Assembly (NCBI RefSeq): GCF_006345805.1
Contig: NC_043025.1
Location: 10,478,001-10,542,000, forward strand
DNA from: Octopus sinensis
Lineage: Eukaryota
Direction of reading: 5' to 3'
Length of the DNA stretch: 64,000 bases
The notes beneath the pieces are model-generated. The model did not search any database. It worked only from the letters and a program-made list of their open reading frames with translations, and was not told the origin of the DNA. Shown here piece by piece: positions 48,471 through 62,316 of this stretch. How positions within the stretch are numbered: the stretch's first letter is position 1; each line of letters starts with the position of its first letter. Both the position numbers and the translations under genes were made by a program.

Positions 48471-48579
48471 GAGCCTCTAAATTCTCAATACTGTCTCCTT
48501 TCGGCCAACAGGCAATGCCGGGTGGCGGTGAATCCTTCAGCATCTGAAGTTCCTTCTTCATCCGCGTGTGACGATGCAT
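48471..48579 (-). CDS. UBE2T: UBE2T exon 1 (ubiquitin-conjugating enzyme E2 T)
   Basis: gctaccATG start; MHRHTRMKKELQMLKDSPPPGIACWPKGDSIENLEA; phase-1 GTATGT donor. Confidence 0.92.
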
Positions 48580-48619
48580 GGTAGCCACTTCTTCCAAACA
48601 CCACAACTTAAATCCAACA

Positions 48620-48700
48620 CTTAACCCGCCTCCAGTACTTTTTCCTATTTAAATTCCGGAAACTGACGGACAAACCCGAAGCACAACTTCGGCGATGTTT
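48620..48700 (-). promoter_or_regulatory. Probable UBE2T proximal promoter with ETS-type motif
   Basis: ttccggaa at 48654-48661 and CpG-containing unique sequence just upstream of the ATG; inference only. Confidence 0.4.
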
Positions 48701-49728
48701 TTATAAATACATCGTTAACCAGCTGGAGATGTCCTCTTGGGGTTAAAAAAAAAATAGCAGTCGAGTCCGTTCGAACGGACAGTCATGTTAAAGTGGCTAC
48801 GAATATTATTTGTTAACAATACTCTTTTACTCTTTTACTTGTTTCAGTCATTTGACTGCGGCCATGCTGGAGCACCGCCTTTTAGTCGAGCAAATCGACC
48901 CCAGGACTTATTCTTTGTAAGCCCAGTACTTATTCTATCGGTCTCTTTTGCCGAACCGCTAGATAACGGGGACGTAAACACACCAGCATCGGTTGTCAAG
49001 CAATGCTAGGGGGACAAACACAGACACACACATACATATATATATATATACATATATACGACAGGCTTCTTTCAGTTTCCGTCTACCAAATCCACTCACA
49101 AGGCATTGGTCGGCCCGGGGCTATAGCAGAAGACACTTACCCAAGATGCCACGCAGTGGGACTGAACCCGGAACCATGTGGTTGGTTAGCAAGCTACTTA
49201 TAAATATATTAGTAAGTTATAAGGGGATTTCTCAAAACGTTTACCGTTTTGAAAAATTTGTTAATCTCAACGCTGAGTATATAGACCTTGTTATAATTCT
49301 AAGGATCTTTTCGGTTTGAACGGCAGTTTTTTTAAATAATTTCCACGTAACTAAACACTTTTAAACTTCGTATACTGGTAGAATGTGTTTATAAAACATC
49401 TTTTTCTCTTAGCTTTATTGAGAAAATTCTATAGTTTGTTAGATATTTGTTGTTTTTTTCTTCAATTTCAACCTATCAATGACGTCTATTGAGGTAAAAA
49501 AAAACAGTCTGTGCCGTATGAATATGTCCCTCGTTTAAGAAACAGATTGGGTTTATTTACATTTGTGAAGGAAAAAAGATACCCTTCCCCCCACCCCTAA
49601 CCCTAACCCAGATTGAAATGCAATAGATCGATACTAGGGTCATAATTATGGGTGACAACTTCATATGACACCGCTTGAAAAACTGCCGTTCAAACCGAAA
49701 AGATCCTATATATATATATATATATATG

Positions 49729-49912
49729 TAGGTCCCGGGTTGATTCGAGGTTAACCACAGTAAATAAGGTGCTCAATACATAGCAGAGTAAAATTAATTT
49801 ATTATATAGAAGGAGCTTCTACAGGACTAGAACTGTTTCATTCAAGAGAAATCTTCAGGATCCTGAAGATTTCTCTTGAATGAAACAGTTCTAGTCCTGT
49901 AGAAGCTCCTTC

Positions 49913-49921
<9 letters not shown>
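49729..49921. mobile_element. Penelope-like 3' repeat with inverted partial duplicate (perfect 122-bp palindrome 49800-49921)
   Basis: 49801-49860 is the exact reverse complement of 49861-49920. Each arm has CTGAAGA..GAAAC. Flanked by (TA)n on both sides. Confidence 0.6.
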
Positions 49922-49961
<40 letters not shown>

Positions 49962-50087
49962 GCAATACCTATCTATCTTACACATACAAACATAATATTC
50001 GTTCTTCCCTCGTTTAATACGGCTTCCAAATTCGAATAAAGATTTAGCTTTTTAATTCAGAAAAACAAACGGAGACGCGCGAAGCCC

Positions 50088-50365
50088 GGAGAGAGGAAGG
50101 TATAGAGAAGACGGAGAGAGGAAGGCATAGAGATGACAGAGAGAGGAAGGTATAGAGAAGACGGAGAGAGGAAGGTATAGAGAAGACGGAGAGAGGAAGG
50201 TATAGAGAAGAGGGAGAGAGGAAGGTATAGAGAAGGCGGAGAGAGGAAGGTATAGAGAAGACGGAGAGAGGAAGGTATAGAGAAGAGGGAGAGAGGAAAG
50301 TATAGAGAAGGCGGAGAGAGGAAGGTATAGAGAAGGCGGAGAGAGGAAGGTATATAGAAGAGGGA
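50088..50365. repeat. 25-bp purine-rich minisatellite (ggagagaggaaggtatagagaagac), about 11 units
   Basis: Direct inspection. Confidence 0.9.
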
Positions 50366-51135
50366 GGGAGTGAGAGTGCGAGACGAGAGCAGAGAGTGAA
50401 AGACAAGTAGAGAAAGAGAGATAAAACAGGAAGAAAGAAAAAGAAAGACAGAAAGAGGGAGTGAGATGCTCTGAGTCTAATTCACGAGACCGGAGAGAGA
50501 AAAAAAGAAAAGGAAAACGAAGAGAAGTGTGGGAGAAGTGGGGAAAGAGAGAACGAGAGACGCCACTTCCGGTCAGGTTTCGTTCGTCTTATAGCCATAC
50601 GCAGCCATGTAGAATGTGTCACCGAATATTCGTATCTTTATGAATTTTCTGTTCAACCTAATTTATAAGACGTGTCATGTGTAACGTCTATAAATATTTC
50701 TTTCTCACTTTTGTACAAAACCGTTTGCTATTTCGGCTGGTTTTCCCTATACGATAGTATAAACGTGTTATATAACGAAGAACAGAAATGGAGGAAGATA
50801 CCAACGCCTGGTACATCTTCTGAAATACTTGGAATAAAACCATTATATAGCCAACTATATTTATCTTAATTTTTTTTCATTAAAACATAAATACATTTTC
50901 TTTTCTGCTATAATGTTATTAATTGACGCATCTAAAGGAAAAATAAAATAACCACCCAGTATCGAAATACTATTCTCATCCTAAGTACGAATATCTCTTG
51001 TTTATCGTAACCTTTAAAAAATGAGTCGATAAATATATTAACTAAAGTTATAGAAACACTTCAAAGTATTGCTGACAGGGAATCAATATGTCATATTTGA
51101 TTTATAAATATATTTTGTGAACTACACATGTACTG

Positions 51136-51217
51136 GCTGTGGTGGCCGAGTGGTTAAGGCGTTGGACTTGAAATCCAATGGGTTATACCCGCGCAGGTTC
51201 GAATCCTGCCCGCAGCG
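51136..51217 (+). tRNA. tRNA-Ser(UGA)
   Basis: Same 82-nt sequence followed by T-runs. Confidence 0.97.
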
Positions 51218-53104
51218 ATTACTTTTATCTTTTTTTTTCAAATCATTTGGTAAATTAAATTTTGGTTTTTACCTCGTTTCAATTAATATGATCAAATATG
51301 TCCCAGCCGTTATCTTTACGTCTTTTATTTCATCTAATTTGCTTCCCAACCACATGATTTCGAGGTCAGTCCTACTGTATGGCACCTCGGGCAAGTATTT
51401 TCTATTATAGCCACCCGGCAAACCGAAGCCTTGTGGGTGAATTTAAGCCTGTCGTGGAATATGTATGTACGGGGAACTTGACAACCGGTGTTGGTTTGTT
51501 TAGCGATTCGGCATAAGAAACCGATAGAAATAAGTACAAGACTTTAAAAGAAGACAATTTCCTGTTTGACGCTCGTAAAATCGAATTTGAGTTAGTTTCA
51601 ATTTCATTTGAGTTCGATTACCATTTCTCGTGGATGCCCTGCTATCTTCCTTTTTGTTGTGAATTCTGGACCTTTCCTGATTGATTGCCACTGTGGAAAA
51701 TTCAGGGTCTATTGAAGGCACACAATGACTACACTAAGTCCTGCGGTCAATTCGTTCGCCAAAAAAAAAAGAGAAAACCTCCAAGGCGGTGGCCCCAGCC
51801 CAATTCCTGGAACAGGTAAAAGATATAATACCTTTTTCCCTCTGTTATTTGATCTACCCTTCTGTCTCCAGGGCCCTACGAACGTGAAACTACTTACCTC
51901 GTCAGTATTTTGCTCATAAAAATCGAAGAAGCGAAAATAGCGGGACAATAAAATGACTATCTGTTACTTTATAGGGAGCAGGGGCGAGGACAAATTAGGG
52001 TAAATCTACCCTATTTCACCTACCTAAATTCTGAGTCTTAATTTTCAATTATAGTTTTTTTTTTAATCTAAAAGTCTGGAAGGAAATTTGAAAGAGGACC
52101 TTTGCGTTTTCTTTTTTCAATAATTGGCGGTAACAAATAGCGTATAACTACATTTTAGTGCCCCAAACCGTTCTAAAGTTGTTTCCTTTACTTTCTGTTT
52201 TTCCTTCGTTCATATTTGTGTTTTCTTCGGTTTTAGATTTGTATTTTAATATGAATTATTCATGTAATTAATTAATTGCATAGAATAATCCACATTAAAA
52301 TGAATGCACCTTGTATGTATAAAAGCAAAAAATCATCGTATCGAAAATCTCATAAAATATGATAAACTTTTTGATTGAAATACATCGGAGTTCCGCTCTT
52401 ATAACCTTTCATAACGTTTTTATATTTTGGAATTTTCAGAAAACTGGTGGCATGTAAAAAGCACCATCTGATCGTGGTTGATGCCAGCACACTCTGACTC
52501 CTGTGCCAGTGGCACTTAAAAGGCACCCGCTACACTCTCGGAGTAGTTGGCGTTAGGAAGGGCATCCCGCTGTAGAACACTGCCAGATCAGACAGGAGCC
52601 TGGTGCAGCCTCCTGACTTCCCAGACCCCGGTCGGACTGTCTAACTCATGCCAGCATGGAAAAAGGACGTTAAACGATGATGATGATGATGATGATGATG
52701 AGGTCTGCAGGACCTGGATTGATCTGGCTTGAAAAGTAACAAGAGAGAACATATTCGGTAATGTAGACCTAGATGAATAAAAAACAAGATGGTCACAGCT
52801 GGAACATCTTTGACCATAGACCTGGTGGACTGGGGCTGAACAAGAGCAGGAAAGATTAGACAGTCTTAGATAATGCAATCCCAGATACATCATCACCATC
52901 ATCATCATCATTTATATCTGCTTTCCATGCTGACATGGGTTGGATAGTTTGACAAGAGCTGTACCAGGCTCTGTTGTATGCTTCGGTATGTTTTCTATGG
53001 CTAGATGCCCTTCCTAACGCCAACCACTTCAGAGTGTACTGGATGCTTTTTACATGATACTGACACCAGTGCTTTTTAACATGGCATCAGCATCAGAGGG
53101 TTTC

Positions 53105-56100
53105 ATGTGACACCAGCACTTCTTAAGTGGCCCCAGCACCAGTGCTTTTTTTATGTAACACCAGCGCTTTTTATGTGGGACCAACCTCAGTGCTTTTTAT
53201 GTGGGACCAGCACCAGTGTTTTTTTTATGTGGCACCACCCTCAGTGCTTTTTATGTGGCACCAGCACTTTTGTTTTTTTATGTGGTACCAGCACCTGTGC
53301 TTTTTATGTGGGACCAGAACCAGTGCTTTTTATGTGGGACTAGCGCTTTTTATGTGGGACCAGAACCAGTGCTTTTTATGTGGGACCAGCACCAGTGCTT
53401 TTTATGTGGGACCAGAACCAGTGCTTTTTATGTGGGACCAGAACCAGTGCTTTTTATGTGGGACTAGCGCTTTTTATGTGGGACCAGAACCAGTGCTTTT
53501 TATGTGGCACCAGAACCAGTGCTTTTTATGTGGGACCAGAACCAGTGCTTTTTATGTGGGACTAGCGCTTTTTTATGTGGACCAGAACCAGTGCTTTTTA
53601 TGTGGCACCAGAACCAGTGCTTTTTATGTGGGACCAGAACCAGTGCTTTTTATGTGGGACTAGCGCTTTTTATGTGGGACCAGAACCAGTGCTTTTTATG
53701 TGGCACCAGAACCAGTGCTTTTTATGTGGGACCAGAACCAGTGCTTTTTATGTGGGACTAGCGCTTTTTATGTGGGACCAGAACCAGTGCTTTTTATGTG
53801 GGACCAGCACCAGTGCTTTTTATGTGGCACCAGAACCAGTGCTTTTTATGTGGCACCAGAACCAGTGCTTTTTATGTGGGACCAGAACCAATGCTTTTTA
53901 TGTGGGACCAGCACCAGTGCTTTTTATGTGGGACCAGAACCAGTGCTTTTTATGTGGGACCAGCACCAGTGCTTTTTATGTGGGACCAGAACCAGTGCTT
54001 TTTATGTGGCACCAGAACCAGTGCTTTTTATGTGGCACCAGAACCAGTGCTTTTTATGTGGGACCAGAACCAATGCTTTTTATGTGGGACCAGCACCAGT
54101 GCTTTTTATGTGGGACCAGAACCAGTGCTTTTTATGTGGGACCAGCACCAGTGCTTTTTATGTGGGACCAGAACCAGTGCTTTTTATGTGGCACCAGAAC
54201 CAGTGCTTTTTATGTGGCACCAGAACCAGTGCTTTTTATGTGGCACCAGAACCAGTGCTTTTTATGTGGCACCAGAACCAGTGCTTTTTATGTGGCACCA
54301 GAACCAGTGCTTTTTATGTGGCACCAGAACCAGTGCTTTTTATGTGGCACCAGAACCAGTGCTTTTTATGTGGCACCAGAACCAGTGCTTTTTATGTGGC
54401 ACCAGAACCAGTGCTTTTTATGTGGCACCAGAACCAGTGCTTTTTATGTGGCACCAGAACCAGTGCTTTTTATGTGGCACAAAGCACCAGAACCAGTGCT
54501 TTTTATGTGGCACCAGAACCAGTGCTTTTTATGTGGGACCAGAACCAGTGCTTTTTATGTGGGACCAGCACCAGTGCTTTTTATGTGGGACCAGAACCAG
54601 TGCTTTTTATGTGGCACCAGAACCAGTGCTTTTTATGTGGCACCAGAACCAGTGCTTTTTATGTGGCACCAGAACCAGTGCTTTTTATGTGGCACCAGAA
54701 CCAGTGCTTTTTATGTGGCACCAGAACCAGTGCTTTTTATGTGGGACCAGAACCAGTGCTTTTTATGTGGGACCAGCACCAGTGCTTTTTATGTGGGACC
54801 AGAACCAGTGCTTTTTATGTGGGACCAGAACCAGTGCTTTTTATGTGGCACCAGAACCAGTGCTTTTTATGTGGCACCAGAACCAGTGCTTTTTATGTGG
54901 CACCAGAACCAGTGCTTTTTATGTGGCACCAGAACCAGTGCTTTTTTGTGGCACCAGAACCAGTGCTTTTTATATGTGGCACCAGAACCAGTGCTTTTAT
55001 GTGGCACAGAACCAGTGCTTTTTATGTGGCACAGAACCAGTGCTTTTTATGTGGCCACCAGAACCAGTGCTTTTATGTGGACCAGAACCAGTGCTTTTTA
55101 TGTGGCACCAGAACCAGTGCTTTTTATGTGGCACCAGAACCAGTGCTTTTATGTGGCACCAGAACCAGTGCTTTTTATGTGGGACCAGAACCAGTGCTTT
55201 TTATGTGGGACCAGAACCAGTGCTTTTTATGTGGGACCAGCACCAGTGCTTTTTATGTGGGACCAGAACCAGTGCTTTTTATGTGGCACCAGACCAGAAC
55301 CATGCTTTTTATGTGGCACCAGAACCAGTGCTTTTTATGTGGCACCAGAACCAGTGCTTTTTATGTGGCAACCAGAACCAGTGCTTTTTATGTGGGACCA
55401 GCACCAGTGCTTTTTATGTGGGACCAGAACAGTGCTTTTTATGTGGCAAGGGCAGCAACCAGAACCAGTGCTTTTTATGTGGCACCAGAACCAGTGCTTT
55501 TTATGTGGGACCAGAACCAGTGCTTTTTATGTGGCACCAGAACCAGTGCTTTTTATGTGGGACCAGAACCAGTGCTTTTTATGTGGCACCAGAACCAGTG
55601 CTTTTTATGTGGCACCAGAACCAGTGCTTTTTATGTGGCACCAGAACCAGTGCTTTTTATGTGGCACCAGAACCAGTGCTTTTTATGTGGCACCAGAACC
55701 AGTGCTTTTTATGTGGCACCAGAACCAGTGCTTTTTATGTGGGACCAGAACCAGTGCTTTTTATGTGGGACCAGAACCAGTGCTTTTTATGTGGCACCAG
55801 AACCAGTGCTTTTTATGTGGAACCAGAACCAGTGCTTTTTATGTGGGACCAGAACCAGTGCTTTTTATGTGGGACCAGCACCAGTGCTTTTTATGTGGGA
55901 CCAGAACCAGTGCTTTTTATGTGGGACCAGAACCAGTGCTTTTTATGTGGCACCAGAACCAGTGCTTTTTATGTGGGACCAGAACCAGTGCTTTTTATGT
56001 GGGACCAGAACCAGTGCTTTTTATGTGGAACCAGCACCAGTGCTTTTTATGTGGGACCAGAACCAGTGCTTTTTATGTGGACCAGAACCAGTGCTTTTTA

Positions 56101-59100
56101 TGTGGGACTAGCGCTTTTTTATGTGGGACCAGACCAGTGCTTTTTATGTGGGACCAGAACCAGTGCTTTTTATGTGCACCAGAACCAGTGCTTTTTATGT
56201 GGCACCAGAACCAGTGCTTTTTATGTGGCACCAGAACCAGTGCTTTTTATGTGGCACCAGAACCAGTGCTTTTTATGTGGGACCAGAACCAGTGCTTTTT
56301 ATGTGGCACCAAACCAGTGCTTTTTATGTGGCACCAGAACCAGTGCTTTTTATGTGGCACCAGAACCAGTGCTTTTTATGTGGCACCAAACCAGTGCTTT
56401 TTATGTGGGACCAGAACCAGTGCTTTTTATGTGGACCAGAACCAGTGCTTTTTATGTGGCACCAGAACAGTGCTTTTTATGTGGAACCAGAACCAGTGCT
56501 TTTTATGTGGGACCAGAACCAGTGCTTTTTTGTGGCACCAGAACCAGTGCTTTTTATGTGGGACCAGAACCAGTGCTTTTTATGTGGGGGTGGCACCAGA
56601 CCAGTGCTTTTTATGTGGGACCAGAACCATGCTTTTTATGTGGGACCAGCACCAGTGCTTTTTATGTGGGACCAGAACCAGTGCTTTTTATGTGGCACCA
56701 GACCAGTGCTTTTTATGTGGGACCAGAACCAGTGCTTTTTATGTGGGACCAGACCAGTGCTTTTTATGTGGGACCAGACCAGTGCTTTTTATGTGGGACC
56801 AGACCAGTGCTTTTTATGTGGGACCAGAACCAGTGCTTTTTATGTGGGACCAGAACCAGTGCTTTTTATGTGGGACCAGAACCAGTGCTTTTTATGTGGG
56901 ACCAGAACCAGTGCTTTTTATGTGGGACCAGAACCAGAACCAGTGCTTTTTATGTGGGACCAAACCAGTGCTTTTTATGTGGGACCAGAACCAGTGCTTT
57001 TTATGTGGGACCAGAACCAGTGCTTTTTATATGTGGCACCAGAACCAGTGCTTTTTATGTGGCACCAGAACCAGTGCTTTTTATGTGGCACCAGAACCAG
57101 TGCTTTTTATGTGGCACCAGAACCAGTGCTTTTTATGTGGCACCAGCGCTTTTTATGTGGGACCAGAACCAGTGCTTTTTATGTGGGACCAGAACCAGTG
57201 CTTTTTATGTGGCACCAGAACCAGTGCTTTTTATGTGGCACCAGAACCAGTGCTTTTTATGTGGGACCAGCGCTTTTTATGTGGGACCAGAACCAGTGCT
57301 TTTTATGTGGAACCAGAACTGGTGCTTTTTATGTGGAACCAGAACTGGTGCTTTTTATGTGGAACCAGAACTGGTGCTTTTTACGTGGAACCAGAACTGG
57401 TTCTATTTAGGTGGGACCAGAACTGGTGCTATTTATGTGGGACCAGAACCCGTGCTTTTTATGTGGGACCAGAACCCGTGCTTTTTATGTGGGACCAGAA
57501 CTGGTGCTTTTTATGTGGGACCAGCACCAGTGCTTTTTATGTGGCACCAGAACCAGTGCTCTTTATGTGGGACCAGCACCAGTGCTCTTTATGTGGGACC
57601 AGCACCAGTGCTTTTTATGTGGAACCAGCACCTGTGCTTTTTATGTGGGACCAGCACCCGTGCTTTTTATGTGGGACCAGCACCAGTGCTTTTTATGTGG
57701 AACCAGCACCTGTGCTTTTTATGTGGGAGCAGCACCCGTGCTTTTTATGTGGGACCAGCACCCGTGCTTTTTATGTGGGAGCAGCACCCGTGCTTTTTAT
57801 GTGGGACCAGCACCTGTGCTTTTTATGTGGGACCAGCACCCGTGCTTTTTATGTGGGACCAGCACCTGTGCTTTTTATGTGGAACCAGCACCTGTGCTTT
57901 TTATGTGGAACCAGCACCCGTGCTTTTTATGTGGAACCAGCACCAGTGCTTTTTATGTGGAACCAGCACCTGTGCTTTTTATGTGGAACCAGCACCAGTG
58001 CTTTTTATGTGGAACCAGCACCTGTGCTTTTTATGTGGGAGCAGCACCCGTGCTTTTTATGTGGGACCAGCACCTGTGCTTTTTATGTGGGAGCAGCACC
58101 CGTGCTTTTTATGTGGGACCAGCACCTGTGCTTTTTATGTGGGACCAGCACCAGTGCTCTTTATGTGGGACCAGCACCAGTGCTTTTTATGTGGGAGCAG
58201 CACCCGTGCTTTTTATGTGGGACCAGCACCTGTGCTTTTTATGTGGGACCAGTACCCGTGCTTTTTATGTGGGACCAGCACCTGTGCTTTTTATGTGGGA
58301 CCAGCACCCGTGCTTTTTATGTGGGACCAGCACCTGTGCTTTTTATGTGGAACCAGCACCAGTGCTTTTTATGTGGGACCAGCACCTGTGCTTTTTATGT
58401 GGAACCAGCACCAGTGCTTTTTATGTGGAACCAGCACCTGTGCTTTTTATGTGGGAGCAGCACCCGTGCTTTTTATGTGGGACCAGCACCTGTGCTTTTT
58501 ATGTGGGAGCAGCACCAGTGCTTTTTATGTGGGACCAGCACCTGTGCTTTTTATGTGGAACCAGCACACGTGCTTTTTATGTGGGACCAGCACGTGCTTT
58601 TTATGTGGGACCAGCACCAGTGCTCTTTATGTGGGACCAGCACCAGTGCTTTTTATGTGGGACCAGCACCCGTGCTTTTTATGTGGGACACCAGCACCTG
58701 TGCTTTTTATGTGGGACCAGTACCAGTGCTTTTTTGTGGGACCAGCACCTGTGCTTTTTATGTGGACCAGCACCCGTGCTTTTTATGTGGGACCAGCACC
58801 TGTGCTTTTTATGTGGAACCAGCACCAGTGCTTTTTATGTGGGACAGCAACCGTGCTTTTTATGTGGAACCAGCACCAGTGCTTTTTATGTGGAACCAGC
58901 ACCTGTGCTTTTTTGTGGGAGCAGCACCCGTGCTTTTTATGTGGGACCAGCACCTGTGCTTTTTATGTGGAGCAGCACCAGTGCTTTTTATGTGGAACCA
59001 GCACCTGTGCTTTTTATGTGGACCAGCACCTGTGCTTTTTATGTGGGACCAGCACCTGTGCTTTTTATGTGGGACCAGCACCCGTGCTTTTTATGTGGGA

Positions 59101-59600
59101 CCAGCACCCGTGCTTTTTATGTGGGACCAGCACCTGTGCTTTTTATGTGGGACCAGCACCCGTGTTTTTATGTGGGAGCAGCACCGTCCCCCGTGCTTTT
59201 TATGTGGGACCAGCACCTGTGCTTTTTATGTGGGACCAGCACCAGTGCTCTTTATGTGGGACCAGCACCAGTGCTTTTTATGTGGGAGCAGCACCCGTGC
59301 TTTTTATGTGGGACCAGCACCTGTGCTTTTTATGTGGGACCAGCACCCGTGCTTTTTATGTGGGACCAGCACCTGTGCTTTTTATGTGGGACCAGCACCC
59401 GTGCTTTTTATGTGGGACCAGCACCTGTGCTTTTTATGTGGGCCAGCACCGTGCTTTTTATGTGGGACCAGCACCTGGCTTTTTTATGTGGGACCAGCAC
59501 CGTGCTTTTTATGTGGGACCAGCACCTGTGCTTTTTATGTGGGACCAGCACCCGTGCTTTTTATGTGGGACCAGAACCAGTGCTTTTTATACATGGCTCA
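53105..59600. repeat. 26-bp minisatellite (about 250 units), gtgctttttatgtgggaccagaacca
   Basis: 26-aa translated period in all frames; embedded in a SINE-like element (52905-59655). Confidence 0.97.
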
Positions 59601-60310
59601 AACACCAGTGCTATATATATGACACTAACAGGGTCACCATGTAACTTGTAATACATGATGGTCAGACAAGGAACATCTTTGATCATAGTTCTCCTGGATC
59701 AGGATTGACCTGGGGCTAAACAACAACAAAATCAACAATGATGTCTATATGCGCAGGAGTGGCTGTGTGGTAAGTAGCTTGCTAACCAACCACATGGTTC
59801 CGGGTTCAGTCCCACTGCGTAGCATCTTGGGCAAGTGTCTTCTGCTATAGCCCCGGGCCGACCAATGCCTTGTGAGTGGATTTGGTAGACGGAAACTGAA
59901 AGAAGCCTGTCGTATATATGTATATATATATATAAGTGTGTGTGTATATGTTTGTGTGTTTGTTTGTCCCCCTAGTATTGCTTGACAACCGATGCTGGTG
60001 TGTTTACGTCCCCGTCACTTAGCAGTTCGGCAAAAGAGACCGATGAATAAGTACTGGGCTTACAAAGAATAAGTCCCGGGATTGATTTGCTCGACTAAAG
60101 GCGGTGCTCCAGCATGGCTGCAGTCAAATGACTGAAACAAGTAAAACAGTAAAAGAGATATTAAAACAAAAACAAAGATTAACTTTGAAATTAAGCAAAA
60201 ATATTTATTAAAATTTATTTACAAATTTATCATGTTCATTCCCCCATCCCCCCATCATAATATTCATTGCATCCAACACCTCCATCATAATGTTTCACCA
60301 CCACTCTCTA

Positions 60311-60372
60311 TCATATTGTCTCCTCGGCGAGAGATGCTACAATGTCCATCTTCCTCATTTTCTTTGGAATAT
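60311..60372 (-). CDS. RBM19: RBM19 last coding exon
   Basis: cttttcAG acceptor with matching phase 1; (D)IPKKMRKMDIVASLAEETI*, a basic PKK motif as in RBM19 tails. Confidence 0.75.
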
Positions 60373-62192
60373 CTGAAAAGTGAAAAAAAAAAAAATAAAT
60401 AAAAGGTGCAGGAGTGGCTGTGTGGTAAGTAGCTTGCTAACCAACCACATGGTTCCGGGTTCAGTCCCACTGCGTGGCATCTTGGGCAAGTGTCTTCTGC
60501 TATAGCCCCGGGCCGACCAATGCCTTGTGAGTGGATTTGGTAGACGGAAACTGAAAGAAGCCTGTCGTATATATGTATATATATATATATGTGTGTGTGT
60601 GTTTGTGTGTCTGTGTCCCCCTAGCATTGCTTGACAACCGATGCTGGCGTGTTTACGTCCCCATCACTTAGCGGTTCGGCAAAAGAGACCGATAGAATAA
60701 GTACTGGGCTTACAAAGAATAAGTCCCAGGGTCGATTTGCTCGACTAAAAGGCGGTGCTCCAGCATGGCCGCAGTCAAATGACTGAAACAAGTAAAAGAG
60801 AAAAAGAGTAAATAAATAGAAATCAAAAAGAAAAAGAACTTTGAAGCAGGTGAGACAAAGTCAAATGGGAGATGAGACGTCAGCATCACTGTTGTCGTCG
60901 TCATCATTTAACATCCATTTTCCATGCTGGCATGGGTTGGATGGTCTGGCAGGAGCTAGCAAGCCAGAAGACTGCACCAGGCTTCAATGTCTATTTTGGC
61001 ATGGTCTTTATGGCTGGATGCTTTTCCCAACTTTATAGAGTGGACTGAGTACTCCTTACAAGGCACCAGCACTAATGATGCCTGTTCTGACATGGTCTTT
61101 TACAGCTGAATGCCCATCCAAATGCCAACCACTTTACTGTGTGGACTGGACTCTTTTCATGTGGCACCAGCACTGGCAGGGTCACCAAGTAAATTATAAG
61201 ACAAAGATCGGGTCTTTACCTTTTAACCGACAGATTTAGAAAATAATTTTTTGTAACTAAACACTTTCAAACTTCGTATACTGGTAGAATGTGTCATATA
61301 AAACATCTTTTACTCTTATCATTTTTGAGAAAAGTTTATATTTACAGAGTTATTTCGTGTTAAAGTAGTCGTATTTTGGTAATTTCCAACGGCAGTAATT
61401 TTATTCAGCTGAATACACGTCATTGATTGGTTGAAATTACCAAAATATGACAACTTTAACACGAAATAACTCCGTAAATATAAACTTTTCTCAAAAATGC
61501 TAAGAGCAAAAGATGTTTTATATGACACATTCTACCAGTATACGAAGTTTGAAAGTGTTTAGTTACAAAAAATAATTTTCTAAATCTGCCGGCCAAAGAT
61601 CTTTTGAGATGAAAGTGGAAATTAGATGACAGAAAATTTTCTCCTGGCAACACTGTATCTGTCCAATATAATGGATGTGTAAACAGATTCATAAAAATAG
61701 ATTCCTTAACCCTTTAGCATTCAGATTAATTTGTCAAAAGTAATCCTTATTTATTCATATTTTTAAAAAATTACCTGATATTATTTTGTACCTTCAAGAT
61801 AGGGAAGATGTAATTGCTTATTTTTAGGGTGACATTGCAGGGTAGGTGTGAGATGCATGTTCTGGCCAGTTTGAGCATAAAATGTATAGAATATTTGGGC
61901 CGGATATAGCCGGTTTAAACACTAAAGGGTTAAAGCTTTTAAATTCAAAAGAATCTATGATTTTCTTTTCAAATCAAGGGGGTAACGTCAGCATAGATAA
62001 ATACATTTGGGGTAATTGGTTTAAAAAGTTCCCAGCCCCTGCACTGAGGAGTTAATTGACAGAAGGCTCACTTTCATGTTATTAGAAAGACAAAGGGACC
62101 AAATAGAAGTTGATGTGTTGCTCTGTGGTGTAAAGCATGTTTGGAAGGCTGTAAAGATGGAAGCATGTATAGAGGTTAAAAAGATATATTAC

Positions 62193-62316
62193 CATCATGA
62201 AAGTGCTCAGCTGTTTTTCTGCGAAGATCTTCAATAGTTTCTTCTGTGTCTGCCCATTCCAAGACCAGACGTCGACCGTACAAATGTGTGCTGTGACACA
62301 ATGCATTGAAAGCTTT
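62193..62316 (-). CDS. RBM19: RBM19 (Mrd1-like multi-RRM ribosome biogenesis factor) penultimate coding exon; rest of the gene is beyond the window end
   Basis: KAFNALCHSTHLYGRRLVLEWADTEETIEDLRRKTAEHFHD matches the end of the last RBM19 RRM; ttttgcAG and GTAATA boundaries. Confidence 0.93.

Noticed and set aside
53575-59651. ORFs of 746-2015 aa
   Set aside because: They are translations of a 26-bp stop-free tandem repeat, open in all three frames.
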